Of a stretch of DNA of 64,000 bases, positions 1 to 9,590 are shown piece after piece. The translations under genes and the position numbers were made by a program. The stretch is from Bacteroidota bacterium (lineage in GTDB: Bacteria; Bacteroidota; Bacteroidia; Flavobacteriales_E; Vicingaceae): NCBI GenBank assembly GCA_013112545.1, contig JABFGJ010000008.1, positions 95,394 to 159,393 on the forward strand. Direction: 5' to 3'. Position 1 is the stretch's first letter. Each line of letters begins with the position of its first letter. The notes below the pieces were generated by a model. It was given only the letters and a program-made list of their open reading frames with translations. It had not been told where the DNA came from and made no database searches.

Positions 1-600
1 CTTTTCTCCATTTGGAGCCATTGACTTCTTTAAATTTAAATCATTGATGGGTGTTCCACATTCACGCAAACAAACAAAATTTGGTATAACCTGTATCTCT
101 CTAGTGACTTTAAAATGTTCGTAAGTATCTCTTTTTAAACTTTCAGAAACTGTTGTTACTGCATTGGATTGATTAATAGCAAAGGTAATTACTGGTTCAA
201 AAGAACTATCTCTACCTACCAATGTAATGTCGGTTCCATGCAAAGTAGTAATAAATGGAATATCAATGCCTTCAGACTTTAATATTTGTTGAGCCATATA
301 TGCTGATGAAGCATGTGGTATTGCATAATGAACATGTAAAATATCCAGTTTTTCAAACTTTACAACATCTACTAATTTGCTTGCTAAAACTAATTCATAA
401 GGTGGATAATCAAACAAAGGATAATCGGACACATTTACCTCATGATATTGTATATTCTTTGTAAACGATTCTAATCGTACTGGTTGACTGTAAGAAATGA
501 AATGTATTTGATGCCCTTTTTTGGCTAGTTCCTTTCCTAATTCTGTTGCTACTACTCCACTTCCGCCATAAGTCGGATAACATACTATTCCTATATTCAT
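1..600 (-). CDS. bshA: N-acetyl-alpha-D-glucosaminyl L-malate synthase BshA (GT4 glycosyltransferase), 5' part; the gene continues beyond the window start
   Basis: Reverse-complement translation starts at 600-598 (ATG) with MNIGIVCYPTYGGSGVVATELGKELAKKGHQIHF...LDILHVHYAIPHASSAYMAQQ, closely matching the characteristic BshA N-terminus. No stop codon before position 1. Confidence 0.7.
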   Translation of the reverse strand, partial: MNIGIVCYPTYGGSGVVATELGKELAKKGHQIHFISYSQPVRLESFTKNIQYHEVNVSDYPLFDYPPYELVLASKLVDVVKFEKLDILHVHYAIPHASSAYMAQQILKSEGIDIPFITTLHGTDITLVGRDSSFEPVITFAINQSNAVTTVSESLKRDTYEHFKVTREIQVIPNFVCLRECGTPINDLNLKKSMAPNGEK

Positions 601-3593
601 TAATGCAAATTTAAGGCTGACTGCTCTGTTCTATATTTTTTGTTTGAAATCGCTTCGTAAATCTTTTCTTGAATTCGAGTCCGAATGTCCATGTTCAGCA
701 ATTTCTTATTGTTTGCATCTTGATACACACGATTTGATAAAAACACATAAACTAATTTATTTTCTGGATCAACCCAAGTGTAAGTTCCAGTAAAACCTGA
801 ATGTCCGTAACTATTCATAGGCACGCACTCACAAGTTGGTCCTGGATTTCCATGAAACTGAGGCTTATCGAAACCTGCTCCTCTCCTATTTTCGGTTTTA
901 TTGTTTGGAACACTATCCTTGCAAAATTGGCATTTCGCATATTCCTCAATTACGCCATGTTTGATGTATTTTTTATTAGCATAAGTTCCATCTTGTAAAT
1001 ACATCTGTAATAATTTCCCCATATCGTTGGCATTCGAAAATAATCCTGCATGGCCGCCTACTCCACCTAACATCGCAGCACCAGGGTCATGAACATATCC
1101 ATGAATCTGCTGCTTGCGAAATGTTTTATCATTCTCAGTTGGCGCAATGGCCGATAAATCAAACTTATGCAATGGATTAAAGGTGGTTCTACTCATTCCT
1201 AAAGACTCATAAAAATTTTCGCGATTGTATTCATCGATAGGTTTTTTAACCATCCCTTCAATAATTTCTTTCAAAAAGTAATAGCCAATATCGCTGTATT
1301 TATACCCTTTAGATGGGTCAATTTCTGCACGATTGATAATGCGATAGAAAATAGTATCTTGGTATTCTTTTATCATGTAAAAGTCTTTTGCTACTTCAAC
1401 AGGGTATTTATCCGATTGTTCGGTACTGTAGATATCAAAGCGAGGTTGACCCTTGGTTAGGGTTTTATTGTAAAATGGAATCCATGCCGCTAATCCTGCT
1501 TGATGAGCTAATATATCTCTCAAAATCAATTCTGCATAAGGTGTACCCTTAGTCATTTTTAAGTGTTTCCCCAATTTATCATCCAATGAGATTTTACCTT
1601 CTCCATCTAATTCCATCAATGCTAAAAGCGTGGAAGTAATTTTTGTAACCGATGCTAAATCATATAAATCTGTAGGTTTTACACCATTTTTATCTTCGTA
1701 AGTCAGGTTTCCAAAGCTTTTATTGTAAATCACTTTTCCAGCTTTAGCAACATAAACTTGAGCTCCTGGGTATGCTTTTGCTTGAATTCCTTCTTGAACA
1801 ATTTGATCTATTAAGTATAAATCCTCGCTTTTTATACCCAACTCTTCAGGCATGGTGTATTTAAGTCTAATAGATTCTGCTATTTCTTCACCCATTCCAG
1901 CTATAATCTGGCTTGAGGCACTAATGGGTAATTTACCATTTGCTTTTATTCCTCCAAAAATCAGTTGAGCAGATAATTCTTGTGCATTTTTTGAGTTTTG
2001 ATAAGACATGATTAAACCATCTGAGAATTCTGCGGCTAAGAATTCTTGTAAAGAATATGCGTTGGCAAATACATCAATTATAATCGGTTTTTTTAATCGC
2101 AATACATTCAAGAAGTTCTTGATTTCAGTATCGATTTTAAAAGATTTCCATGGATTTGCATTTGATTTGTGAATACTAACAATAATGTGATCATAATTCA
2201 ACAAAGTGTCCAATAGTTTTTTTTGCTCAGACACAGGTAAATTGATGTAGTGTAATGTATCAACCTGGCTGTATAAGTTTAACGATTCTTGAAAACTACG
2301 ATAACTCACACCCTCTTCGGCAAAAGCCAAGGAGATAATCTTTTGATCTTTCAATTCTCGTATGGGAATTATATCCTTATTTCTAACAACAGTCAACGAT
2401 GCTTCTGTCAATCGTCGTATGGTGTATTCATACTTTTTTTGATTTAAATCTTCGTATAGATTTTTAATTTTTATAGGTTTCTCTTGATGAAGTTTTAGCC
2501 ATTCTTTCGCTTTCAATATTTTCAAACATGATGCATCTATCGTTTCTTGGCTTAAAACATTAGAGTCCAAAGCAGTTTTGATGGCTACAAATGCTTTTTC
2601 AATGTCTTGAGAAAGTAACAACACATCATTTCCTGCAAGCAAAGCATCAAGATCATTTTTTTCAGAGGCTTGGTAACGAGCAACTCCGCCCATATTTAAA
2701 CCATCGGTAAATATCAATCCTTGAAAACCAAGTTTTTGCTTTAGCAAAGAATCTACAATCTGCTTATTTAAAGAAGAAGCCTTTTTATTATTTCCAACAA
2801 ATGAAGGTAAATATAAGTGGGCAGTCATCATGCTAGAAACACCTTGATTGATTAAATGCTTGAAAGGAAATAATTCGATAGAATCTATCCGTTCTTTACT
2901 GTGCTTTACTACTGGTAGCGAAATATGCGAATCGGTATCGGTGTCGCCGTGGCCTGGGAAGTGTTTTGCATTGGCCAAAATCCCGCCAATTTGCATGCCT
3001 CTCATATAGGCAAGTCCTTTTCGAGTTACATTTCTTTTGTCTTCACCAAACGAGCGTGCATTTATGATGGGATTTTTAGGATTGTTATTGACATCTACAA
3101 CCGGTGCAAAATTTACATGCACACCTAACCTCCTAAACTGCTCAGCTATTTCTATACCCATCTGATAAATTAAGCTATCATTTTGGATGGCACCCAAGGT
3201 CATTTGCCAGGGATAGCGAACTGTACTATCTAATCGCATAGATAATCCCCATTCTCCATCAATGGCAATCATTAAGGGAATACTTGATGCAGCTTGATAT
3301 GCATTTGTCAGTTTGGCCTGACGGACAGGCCCACCTTGAAAAAAAGTTAATCCACCAATGTGGTACTTTTTTATAAGCTCAATAATTTCTTGCTTGTGCT
3401 TATCATCTTTATTCGAATATGCAGCCACACTAAACAGTTGACCAATTTTCTGATCAATGGTCATGGATTTAAAAACAGAATCAGCCCAAGGAGTCTCGAT
3501 GCTTAAAAAAGGTGGTTTTAACTTTTTTTCCTCAGTTTGAAAGGAGAATAAAAGACTAATTAAAAAACCAAAAAATAGCCACTTAATTTTCAA
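600..3593 (-). CDS. Glycoside hydrolase family 3 (NagZ-like) N-terminal domain fused to a serine beta-lactamase/transpeptidase-like domain
   Basis: 997-aa ORF with a signal peptide and the GH3 motif KHFPGHGDTDTDSH. The C-terminal half carries an SxxK motif (ASVTKITST), typical of class C beta-lactamase-like hydrolases. Confidence 0.8.
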   Translation of the reverse strand: MKIKWLFFGFLISLLFSFQTEEKKLKPPFLSIETPWADSVFKSMTIDQKIGQLFSVAAYSNKDDKHKQEIIELIKKYHIGGLTFFQGGPVRQAKLTNAYQAASSIPLMIAIDGEWGLSMRLDSTVRYPWQMTLGAIQNDSLIYQMGIEIAEQFRRLGVHVNFAPVVDVNNNPKNPIINARSFGEDKRNVTRKGLAYMRGMQIGGILANAKHFPGHGDTDTDSHISLPVVKHSKERIDSIELFPFKHLINQGVSSMMTAHLYLPSFVGNNKKASSLNKQIVDSLLKQKLGFQGLIFTDGLNMGGVARYQASEKNDLDALLAGNDVLLLSQDIEKAFVAIKTALDSNVLSQETIDASCLKILKAKEWLKLHQEKPIKIKNLYEDLNQKKYEYTIRRLTEASLTVVRNKDIIPIRELKDQKIISLAFAEEGVSYRSFQESLNLYSQVDTLHYINLPVSEQKKLLDTLLNYDHIIVSIHKSNANPWKSFKIDTEIKNFLNVLRLKKPIIIDVFANAYSLQEFLAAEFSDGLIMSYQNSKNAQELSAQLIFGGIKANGKLPISASSQIIAGMGEEIAESIRLKYTMPEELGIKSEDLYLIDQIVQEGIQAKAYPGAQVYVAKAGKVIYNKSFGNLTYEDKNGVKPTDLYDLASVTKITSTLLALMELDGEGKISLDDKLGKHLKMTKGTPYAELILRDILAHQAGLAAWIPFYNKTLTKGQPRFDIYSTEQSDKYPVEVAKDFYMIKEYQDTIFYRIINRAEIDPSKGYKYSDIGYYFLKEIIEGMVKKPIDEYNRENFYESLGMSRTTFNPLHKFDLSAIAPTENDKTFRKQQIHGYVHDPGAAMLGGVGGHAGLFSNANDMGKLLQMYLQDGTYANKKYIKHGVIEEYAKCQFCKDSVPNNKTENRRGAGFDKPQFHGNPGPTCECVPMNSYGHSGFTGTYTWVDPENKLVYVFLSNRVYQDANNKKLLNMDIRTRIQEKIYEAISNKKYRTEQSALNLH

Positions 3594-3741
3594 GATTATG
3601 CATTTTAGATAAAGTGCTAAAATAATTCTTAAAAGTCCTGATTTTATAAGGATTTTATAGACTTATAAACAGCGCATGGTTAATGTAAATTGCAATAATC
3701 GACCCATTTTTTAGTTTCTATAAAAACATTAATTTTAGGCT

Positions 3742-4020
3742 ATGATTTCATCGATGTTTAAAACCCGAAAAAACAAGTCGTTTAACTTCATTCCTCGCCA
3801 TTACAATCAAGACAAGGAAGAATTTGAAAGCAGATATGCTCAAATTGAAGCCGAAATGACAGGGAATTCAAATTTTAAAAAAGGAAGCTTTAGACCAAAT
3901 TTAAAAGCCAAATGGCAGAGTAATAAAAAAACAAGCTCCTTTTCTTCAAAATCTAATGTTCGTTTAATCATCATCGCTTTGCTATTATTTTTCATCTGCT
4001 ACTATATTTTATTTAATTAA
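3742..4020 (+). CDS. Hypothetical small protein with a C-terminal transmembrane helix
   Basis: 92-aa ORF in a gap upstream of mutL. Basic N-terminal region and hydrophobic C-terminus (LIIIALLLFFICYYILF). No recognisable domain. Confidence 0.3.
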   Translation: MISSMFKTRKNKSFNFIPRHYNQDKEEFESRYAQIEAEMTGNSNFKKGSFRPNLKAKWQSNKKTSSFSSKSNVRLIIIALLLFFICYYILFN

Positions 4021-4117
4021 CAGAAATCTGTTTAAATACTTTATTGGCTTCTTAGTAGAATTACTACTTTTGACTTGAGTTTTTCACAAAGAATTATTCT
4101 AGTTTTTTCCCTTTAGA

Positions 4118-5950
4118 ATGTCCGATATTATTCAATTGTTACCCGATTCTGTTGCCAATCAAATTGCTGCTGGTGAAGTAGTTCAGCGTCCTGCATCTGC
4201 AGTAAAAGAGCTTCTTGAAAATGCTATTGATGCAAAAGCGAGCGAAGTAAGTTTGGTCGTAAAAAACGCAGGTAAAACTCTAATTCGGGTGATTGATAAT
4301 GGAACTGGCATGTCGCAAACTGATGCTCGATTGTGTTTAGAACGACACGCTACTTCAAAAATAAAAACTGCAGATGATTTATTTTCTCTAAACACTATGG
4401 GATTTCGCGGTGAGGCAGTTCCATCGATTGCAGCAATTTCTCAAATGGAAATCAAAACAAAACCTGAAAACGAAGACTTAGGCTCTCACCTAATATTAGA
4501 AGGTAGCGAAGTAAAATCACAAGAGTTTTGTCAAACATCAAAAGGAACAATCATCAGTGTTAAGAATTTATTTTTTAATGTTCCTGCACGTAGAAATTTT
4601 TTAAAAAGCAATCCGATAGAAACCAAACACATCATAGAAGAGTTTTTACGTGTTGCCTTAATACACCCTGAAGTGGCGATGAACATGGACAATGATTCAA
4701 ATGAAGTTTATCGTTTGCCGACAGGTACTTTCAGGCAGCGGATAGTAAATATTTTTGGAAATAAATACAATCAGCGTTTAGTTCCTGTTGAAGAAACCAC
4801 AGATATCGTAAAGTTGTCTGGTTTTGTTGGTAAACCTGAGTTTGCAAAAAAAACACGTGGAGAACAGTACTTTTTTGTCAATAGGCGATTTATAAAAAGT
4901 CCTTATCTTAATCATGCCATTCAAAAGGCTTATGAAGAGTTGCTTCCAAGTGATCAATTTCCTTCATATTTCATAAAATTAGAAATTGACCCCTCTAAAA
5001 TTGATATCAACATTCACCCCACAAAAACCGAGGTTAAATTTGAAGAAGAAAGAGCTATTTATGCCATAATTCGCACTGCAGTTCGACAAGCATTAGGAAA
5101 ATACAACATTGCTCCTACAATCGACTTTGAACAAGAAAATAGCTTTAATGTGCCTGCTCTAAAAAAAGGTGAAAGCATTCAAATGCCTAATATTCAGGTT
5201 GACCCAAACTTCAATCCTTTCGAATCAATTCAAAAACCAAGACAAGCTAGTGTTAAGTTTCCTATTCACAGAGATGATAAACCCTTGGTTAATTGGGAGA
5301 AATTATATCAAAATCAAGAAGCATCAAAAGAAGAAAACACTTTTCAATCGCAAGCAAACTCCAAGCGAATTGAACAAGAAATTAGCGATAGAAAGGTAAT
5401 TCAATTGCATCGAAAATACATTTTAAGTCACATAAAGTCTGGATTTATTATCATCGATCAACAAAGAGCTCACGAGCGTGTTTTAATTGAAAAATTGAGC
5501 ACTAATCTAGCTTCTTCTAATCTAAATAGTCAGCAATTATTGTTTCCTGAAGAAGTTGAATTCTCTACTGAAGATTTTGAATTGCTTCATAGTTTATTAG
5601 ATGAAATAAGAGCTTTGGGATTTGATTTGAATCAATTTGGAAAAAATGCATTTATCGTAAATGGAATTCCAAGTGGCACAGAAGAAAACGCCAGGTATTT
5701 GTTAGAGAGTATGTTAGAAGAATTCAAACAAAATCTGTCTGAATTAAAAAACAAACCAAAAATCAATTTAATCAATTCTTTGGCAAAAGGCATGAGTTTG
5801 AAGCCAGGTAAAAATTTAAAAGAGATAGAAATGCAAAATTTAATCGATGAGCTTTTTGCTTGTGAAATGCCCTATCACTTGCCTAATGGAAAACCCATTA
5901 TCATCAATTATTCAATAGAAGACTTAGATAAAAAATTTAAAAAAGGATGA
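4118..5950 (+). CDS. mutL: DNA mismatch repair protein MutL
   Basis: 610 aa. N-terminal GHKL ATPase motifs (IQLLPDSVANQIAAGEVVQRPASAVKELLENAIDA; DNGTGM) and C-terminal dimerisation region. Confidence 0.9.
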   Translation: MSDIIQLLPDSVANQIAAGEVVQRPASAVKELLENAIDAKASEVSLVVKNAGKTLIRVIDNGTGMSQTDARLCLERHATSKIKTADDLFSLNTMGFRGEAVPSIAAISQMEIKTKPENEDLGSHLILEGSEVKSQEFCQTSKGTIISVKNLFFNVPARRNFLKSNPIETKHIIEEFLRVALIHPEVAMNMDNDSNEVYRLPTGTFRQRIVNIFGNKYNQRLVPVEETTDIVKLSGFVGKPEFAKKTRGEQYFFVNRRFIKSPYLNHAIQKAYEELLPSDQFPSYFIKLEIDPSKIDINIHPTKTEVKFEEERAIYAIIRTAVRQALGKYNIAPTIDFEQENSFNVPALKKGESIQMPNIQVDPNFNPFESIQKPRQASVKFPIHRDDKPLVNWEKLYQNQEASKEENTFQSQANSKRIEQEISDRKVIQLHRKYILSHIKSGFIIIDQQRAHERVLIEKLSTNLASSNLNSQQLLFPEEVEFSTEDFELLHSLLDEIRALGFDLNQFGKNAFIVNGIPSGTEENARYLLESMLEEFKQNLSELKNKPKINLINSLAKGMSLKPGKNLKEIEMQNLIDELFACEMPYHLPNGKPIIINYSIEDLDKKFKKG

Positions 5951-6693
5951 ATTTTAGCAGCTCAAACCCCTTAGCCAATATTCCTACGGTAGTTAAGAAC
6001 CTATTAATCATTAATGTTTTAATGCTTTTTGGAACTTGGGCAGCAGGCAGTTCAGGTATTGACCTAGGTGATACATTAGGTTTGCATCATTGGAAAAGTG
6101 ATTTGTTCAGACCACATCAGTTGGTTACTTATATGTTTATGCATGGTGGTTTTCAACATTTATTTTTTAACATGTTTGCCCTGTGGATGTTTGGTAAAAT
6201 CCTTGAACAAGTATGGGGTTCAAAGCGCTTCCTTATCTATTATATGGTGACAGGAATTGGTGCGGGAATAATTCAATTAATTGTAATTGAATTAAGAATA
6301 TTAAGCCTCAAATCACAAGTTGATCCTGAGTTTTATCAAATTGTATTAAACGAAGGCTTGTCTGCCTTGCAAATGGGTAAAAACTTTACAGATCCTATTG
6401 CAGGTGAGTTAAATCATTTAATAAATACGACAACAGTTGGTGCTTCTGGTGCTGTATTTGGAATTTTATTGGCTTTCGGAATGTTATTTCCAAACACCCA
6501 GTTGATGTTGCTCATTCCACCTATTCCAATTAAAGCGAAATACTTTGTTGCCCTTTATGGTTTGTTCGAACTATATATGGGATTCTCAAACAATCCAGCT
6601 GACAACGTGGCACATTTTGCACATTTGGGCGGAATGTTGTTTGGTTTTATTTTGATAAAAATGTGGAAAAAAAATACGAATACTTTTTACTGA
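5947..6693 (+). CDS. Rhomboid family intramembrane serine protease
   Basis: 248 aa, multi-TM. Carries GASGAVFG (the catalytic Ser motif) and a downstream AHLGG His motif. Its ATG overlaps the mutL stop. Confidence 0.8.
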   Translation: MNFSSSNPLANIPTVVKNLLIINVLMLFGTWAAGSSGIDLGDTLGLHHWKSDLFRPHQLVTYMFMHGGFQHLFFNMFALWMFGKILEQVWGSKRFLIYYMVTGIGAGIIQLIVIELRILSLKSQVDPEFYQIVLNEGLSALQMGKNFTDPIAGELNHLINTTTVGASGAVFGILLAFGMLFPNTQLMLLIPPIPIKAKYFVALYGLFELYMGFSNNPADNVAHFAHLGGMLFGFILIKMWKKNTNTFY

Positions 6694-6694
6694 A

Positions 6695-7591
6695 ATGCAA
6701 ACAAATCCTTTCAATAGTTTTGATTTAAAATTTAAGAATAACAATATGTTATTCAAGCTAATTTATATCAATGCAGCTGTTTTTGTAAGTATTATACTAC
6801 TCTATTTGCCCTTTTGGCTCATGAGTTCAGAGTTAAATCCAAAATCTTTTGTGACTTCTTGGTTTTCTGTCCCTTCAAATTTAATGGACTTGTTTATTAA
6901 ACCTTGGACAATTTTTAGTTACATGTTTTTGCATGTTGAGTTTATGCATTTACTGTTCAACATGATCTTATTGTACTTCTCAGGCCAATTGTTTGTTCAA
7001 TTTCTTGGTGAACGCAGATTATTAACTGTATATATTGCAGGTGGAATTGCAGGTGCTTTGTTGTACATTATTGCATTTAATATATTTCCTGCTTTTCAGG
7101 GTGTTTCACATATTTCAAAAGCATTAGGTGCATCAGCCTCAGTCATGGCAATTTTGGTTGCCTTGGCAGCTTATATGCCAGATTTTATTGTACGGTTTAT
7201 GTTTATTGGCAACGTCAAACTAAAATACATTGCTGCAGTTTTATTTATCATTGATTTAGCTGGTATATCCAATGCCAATTCAGGTGGTCATATAGCACAC
7301 ATTGGCGGAGCTTTACTTGGATACTTTTTTGCTAAAGAATTAAAAAAAGGAAAAGACATTACCGCTTGGGTTGGAAAATCAAGTGATTACGTGCTTGCTA
7401 TATTTAAGCCTTCGACAAAAAGCAAAATGAAGGTTAAATACAAGAAAACTAGAACTGACTACGAATACAAAGCCAAGAAAAAAGAAGAGCAAGAGCAAAT
7501 TGATCGCATTTTGGATAAAATATCTAAATCGGGTTACGACAGTTTAAGTAGAAGCGAAAAGGAAATTCTTTTTAAGGAAAGCAATAAGTAA
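6695..7591 (+). CDS. Rhomboid family protein (second paralogue) with a lysine-rich C-terminal tail
   Basis: 298 aa, multi-TM. Carries GASASVMA and AHIGGALLG motifs. Its 3' end is duplicated at 9323-9353. Confidence 0.75.
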   Translation: MQTNPFNSFDLKFKNNNMLFKLIYINAAVFVSIILLYLPFWLMSSELNPKSFVTSWFSVPSNLMDLFIKPWTIFSYMFLHVEFMHLLFNMILLYFSGQLFVQFLGERRLLTVYIAGGIAGALLYIIAFNIFPAFQGVSHISKALGASASVMAILVALAAYMPDFIVRFMFIGNVKLKYIAAVLFIIDLAGISNANSGGHIAHIGGALLGYFFAKELKKGKDITAWVGKSSDYVLAIFKPSTKSKMKVKYKKTRTDYEYKAKKKEEQEQIDRILDKISKSGYDSLSRSEKEILFKESNK

Positions 7592-7667
7592 AATTTGAAA
7601 TTGAGTGTAGAAAATACTACTTCATAATTCTTTCACCGCAAAGTCGCAGAGATCGCAAAGGTTCTTT
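7561..7667. repeat. Left copy of the ~107-bp direct repeat flanking the IS; it includes the last 31 nt of the rhomboid gene
   Basis: 7561-7623 is identical to 9323-9385 (63/63). After a 7-9 nt divergent stretch, tcaccgcaaagtcgcagagatcgcaaaggttcttt is shared again. Confidence 0.8.
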
Positions 7668-9322
7668 CCTGTCTTCGACAATCAAACAAGCAACAAATTG
7701 TAAATAATTGCTTGACAATTACTTATGAATATTTTCGCTTAAAAATGGGTGTCCCAGGGTGGCGTTTTGCTACCTTTGGGCATGTTTGTTAGAAAAAAAC
7801 GAAACAAAAGTGGTGTAATTAGTGTGCAAATTATCGATAAAAGCACAGGGAAATATCGTATGCTAAAAACTATCGGGAGCAGCTCTGATAATATGAAGAT
7901 AGAGCACATGGTTCGTGAAGGGGAAGCATGGATTAAAAATCAAATAGGGGTTCAAGAGTTAGATTTTACAGATTATGGGCATCATACGATGCTTGTTCTA
8001 CAAGGAATAGAACAGATTGTAGTTTATGGTCCCACACTTTTATTAGGTAAGATTTTTAATGAAGTGGGGTTTGGAGAAATTAAGCAAGATCTATTTCGAC
8101 AACTAGTCTTGGCGAGATTATGTTTTCCTGCAAGCAAGCTAAAAACAACAGACTACCTTTCAAAATATCAGTTTTTAAACATTGATGTTCAGGTAGTTTA
8201 TCGATATTTGGATAAGCTTTATAAGGAACAAAAAGAACTTGTACAGCAAATTAGTTACGATCACACTTTAAAGATACTTGACAACAAAATTCAAGTTGTA
8301 TTCTACGATGTAACCACTGTTTATTTTGATGCAGAAAGTGAAGATGAACTCCGTAAAACGGGATTTTCAAAAGATGGTAAACATCAGCACCCTCAAATAG
8401 TTTTAGGATTACTAGTAAGTAAGGGAGGCTATCCTTTAGCTTACGAGATATTTAAAGGGAATCAGTTTGAAGGGCACACTATGCTGCCGATAATAGACGC
8501 CTTTAAAGCAAAATACAGCCTTGACAAATTGGTGGTTGTAGCTGATGCAGGATTACTTTCTAATGATAATATTAGTTTATTAGAACAAAGGGGATACGAA
8601 TATATTTTAGGAGCCAGGATAAAATCAGTAAGTCGTGTACTAAAAGAAAAGATTTTAGCACTAAAGCTAGTCAATGGAGAAAGTAAAATAATTGAGATAG
8701 AGGCAAATAGAAAGATTATTGTAAGTTATTCTGAGAATAGAGCTAGAAAAGACGCTCATAACAGAACACGTGGGCTAGATAAGCTAGAAAAACAAATAAA
8801 GTCAGGTAAACTCACAAAGGCAAACATTAATAATAGAGGATATAATAAATTTTTACACATTGAGAATACTCTTCAAGTATCTATCAATAAGGAGAAAATA
8901 AAAGACGACAAAAAATGGGATGGTCTCAAAGGTTACATAACCAATACCAGTTTAAACAAAGAAGAAGTTTTAAACAGTTACAAAGATTTATGGCAAATAG
9001 AAAAAGCCTTTAGAATAGCCAAGTCAGATCTAGAAATACGTCCCATTTATCACCGATTACAGCGAAGGATAGAAGCCCATATTTGTATCGCATTTGTAGC
9101 ATACAAAATCTACAAAGAACTTGAACGCCAACTCAAAGAAAAAGAATCTAAACTTAGTCCAGAAAAAGCCATAGAAATCGCAAAAACAATATATGCTGTA
9201 AAAGTAAAGCATCCTGTTACTAATGAAACTTATTATACAACTGTTATCAAATCACAAGAACAGCAATATCTATCCAAATTATTTGATTTTTGAGTTTGGG
9301 TGACCCAGCGACGAAAACAGGA
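7668..9322 (+). mobile_element. IS4/IS1634-family-like insertion sequence (~1655 bp) with imperfect terminal inverted repeats
   Basis: Single transposase ORF. Left end cctgtcttcgac (7668-7679) versus the reverse complement of the right end cgacgaaaacagga (9309-9322), i.e. tcctgttttcgtcg, match at about 11/13. The element is flanked by long direct repeats. Confidence 0.55.
7749..9293 (+). CDS. Transposase, IS4 superfamily (IS1634-like)
   Basis: 514 aa. Size and overall sequence resemble the IS1634-family DDE transposases common in Bacteroidota. Flanked by IRs and long TSD-like repeats. Confidence 0.65.
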   Translation: MSQGGVLLPLGMFVRKKRNKSGVISVQIIDKSTGKYRMLKTIGSSSDNMKIEHMVREGEAWIKNQIGVQELDFTDYGHHTMLVLQGIEQIVVYGPTLLLGKIFNEVGFGEIKQDLFRQLVLARLCFPASKLKTTDYLSKYQFLNIDVQVVYRYLDKLYKEQKELVQQISYDHTLKILDNKIQVVFYDVTTVYFDAESEDELRKTGFSKDGKHQHPQIVLGLLVSKGGYPLAYEIFKGNQFEGHTMLPIIDAFKAKYSLDKLVVVADAGLLSNDNISLLEQRGYEYILGARIKSVSRVLKEKILALKLVNGESKIIEIEANRKIIVSYSENRARKDAHNRTRGLDKLEKQIKSGKLTKANINNRGYNKFLHIENTLQVSINKEKIKDDKKWDGLKGYITNTSLNKEEVLNSYKDLWQIEKAFRIAKSDLEIRPIYHRLQRRIEAHICIAFVAYKIYKELERQLKEKESKLSPEKAIEIAKTIYAVKVKHPVTNETYYTTVIKSQEQQYLSKLFDF

Positions 9323-9429
9323 GGAAATTCTTTTTAAGGAAAGCAATAAGTAAAATTTGAAATTGAGTGTAGAAAATACTACTTCCTATTTTTTTCACCG
9401 CAAAGTCGCAGAGATCGCAAAGGTTCTTT
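9323..9429. repeat. Right copy of the ~107-bp direct repeat; it duplicates the rhomboid 3' end including its stop codon
   Basis: ggaaattctttttaaggaaagcaataagtaaaatttgaaattgagtgtagaaaatactacttc is identical to 7561-7623. Confidence 0.8.
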
Positions 9430-9590
9430 ATTTTTTACTTTTCATTTGATTAACACTTTGTGCCTCTGTGGTACTTTTTTGAATACTACTTCCTATTTTT
9501 TTCACCGCAAAGTCGCAGAGATCGCAAAGGTTCTTTATTTTTTGCTTTTCATTTGATTAACACTTTGTGTTTCTGCAGTTGTCATTTTAC
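9372..9590. repeat. Tandem duplication of a ~108-bp unit (two copies) containing tcaccgcaaagtcgcagagatcgcaaaggttctttattttt(t/g)cttttcatttgattaacactttgtg
   Basis: 9372-9480 and 9481-9590 are near-identical and lie head to tail. The second copy abuts or overlaps the hipA stop (9582). Confidence 0.75.

Noticed and set aside
255-464. 69-aa plus-strand ORF
   Set aside because: It lies entirely inside and antisense to the well-supported bshA coding region.
9372-9590. Tandem repeats considered as a possible CRISPR array
   Set aside because: Only two ~108-bp units lie directly head to tail without spacers, and there are no cas genes.
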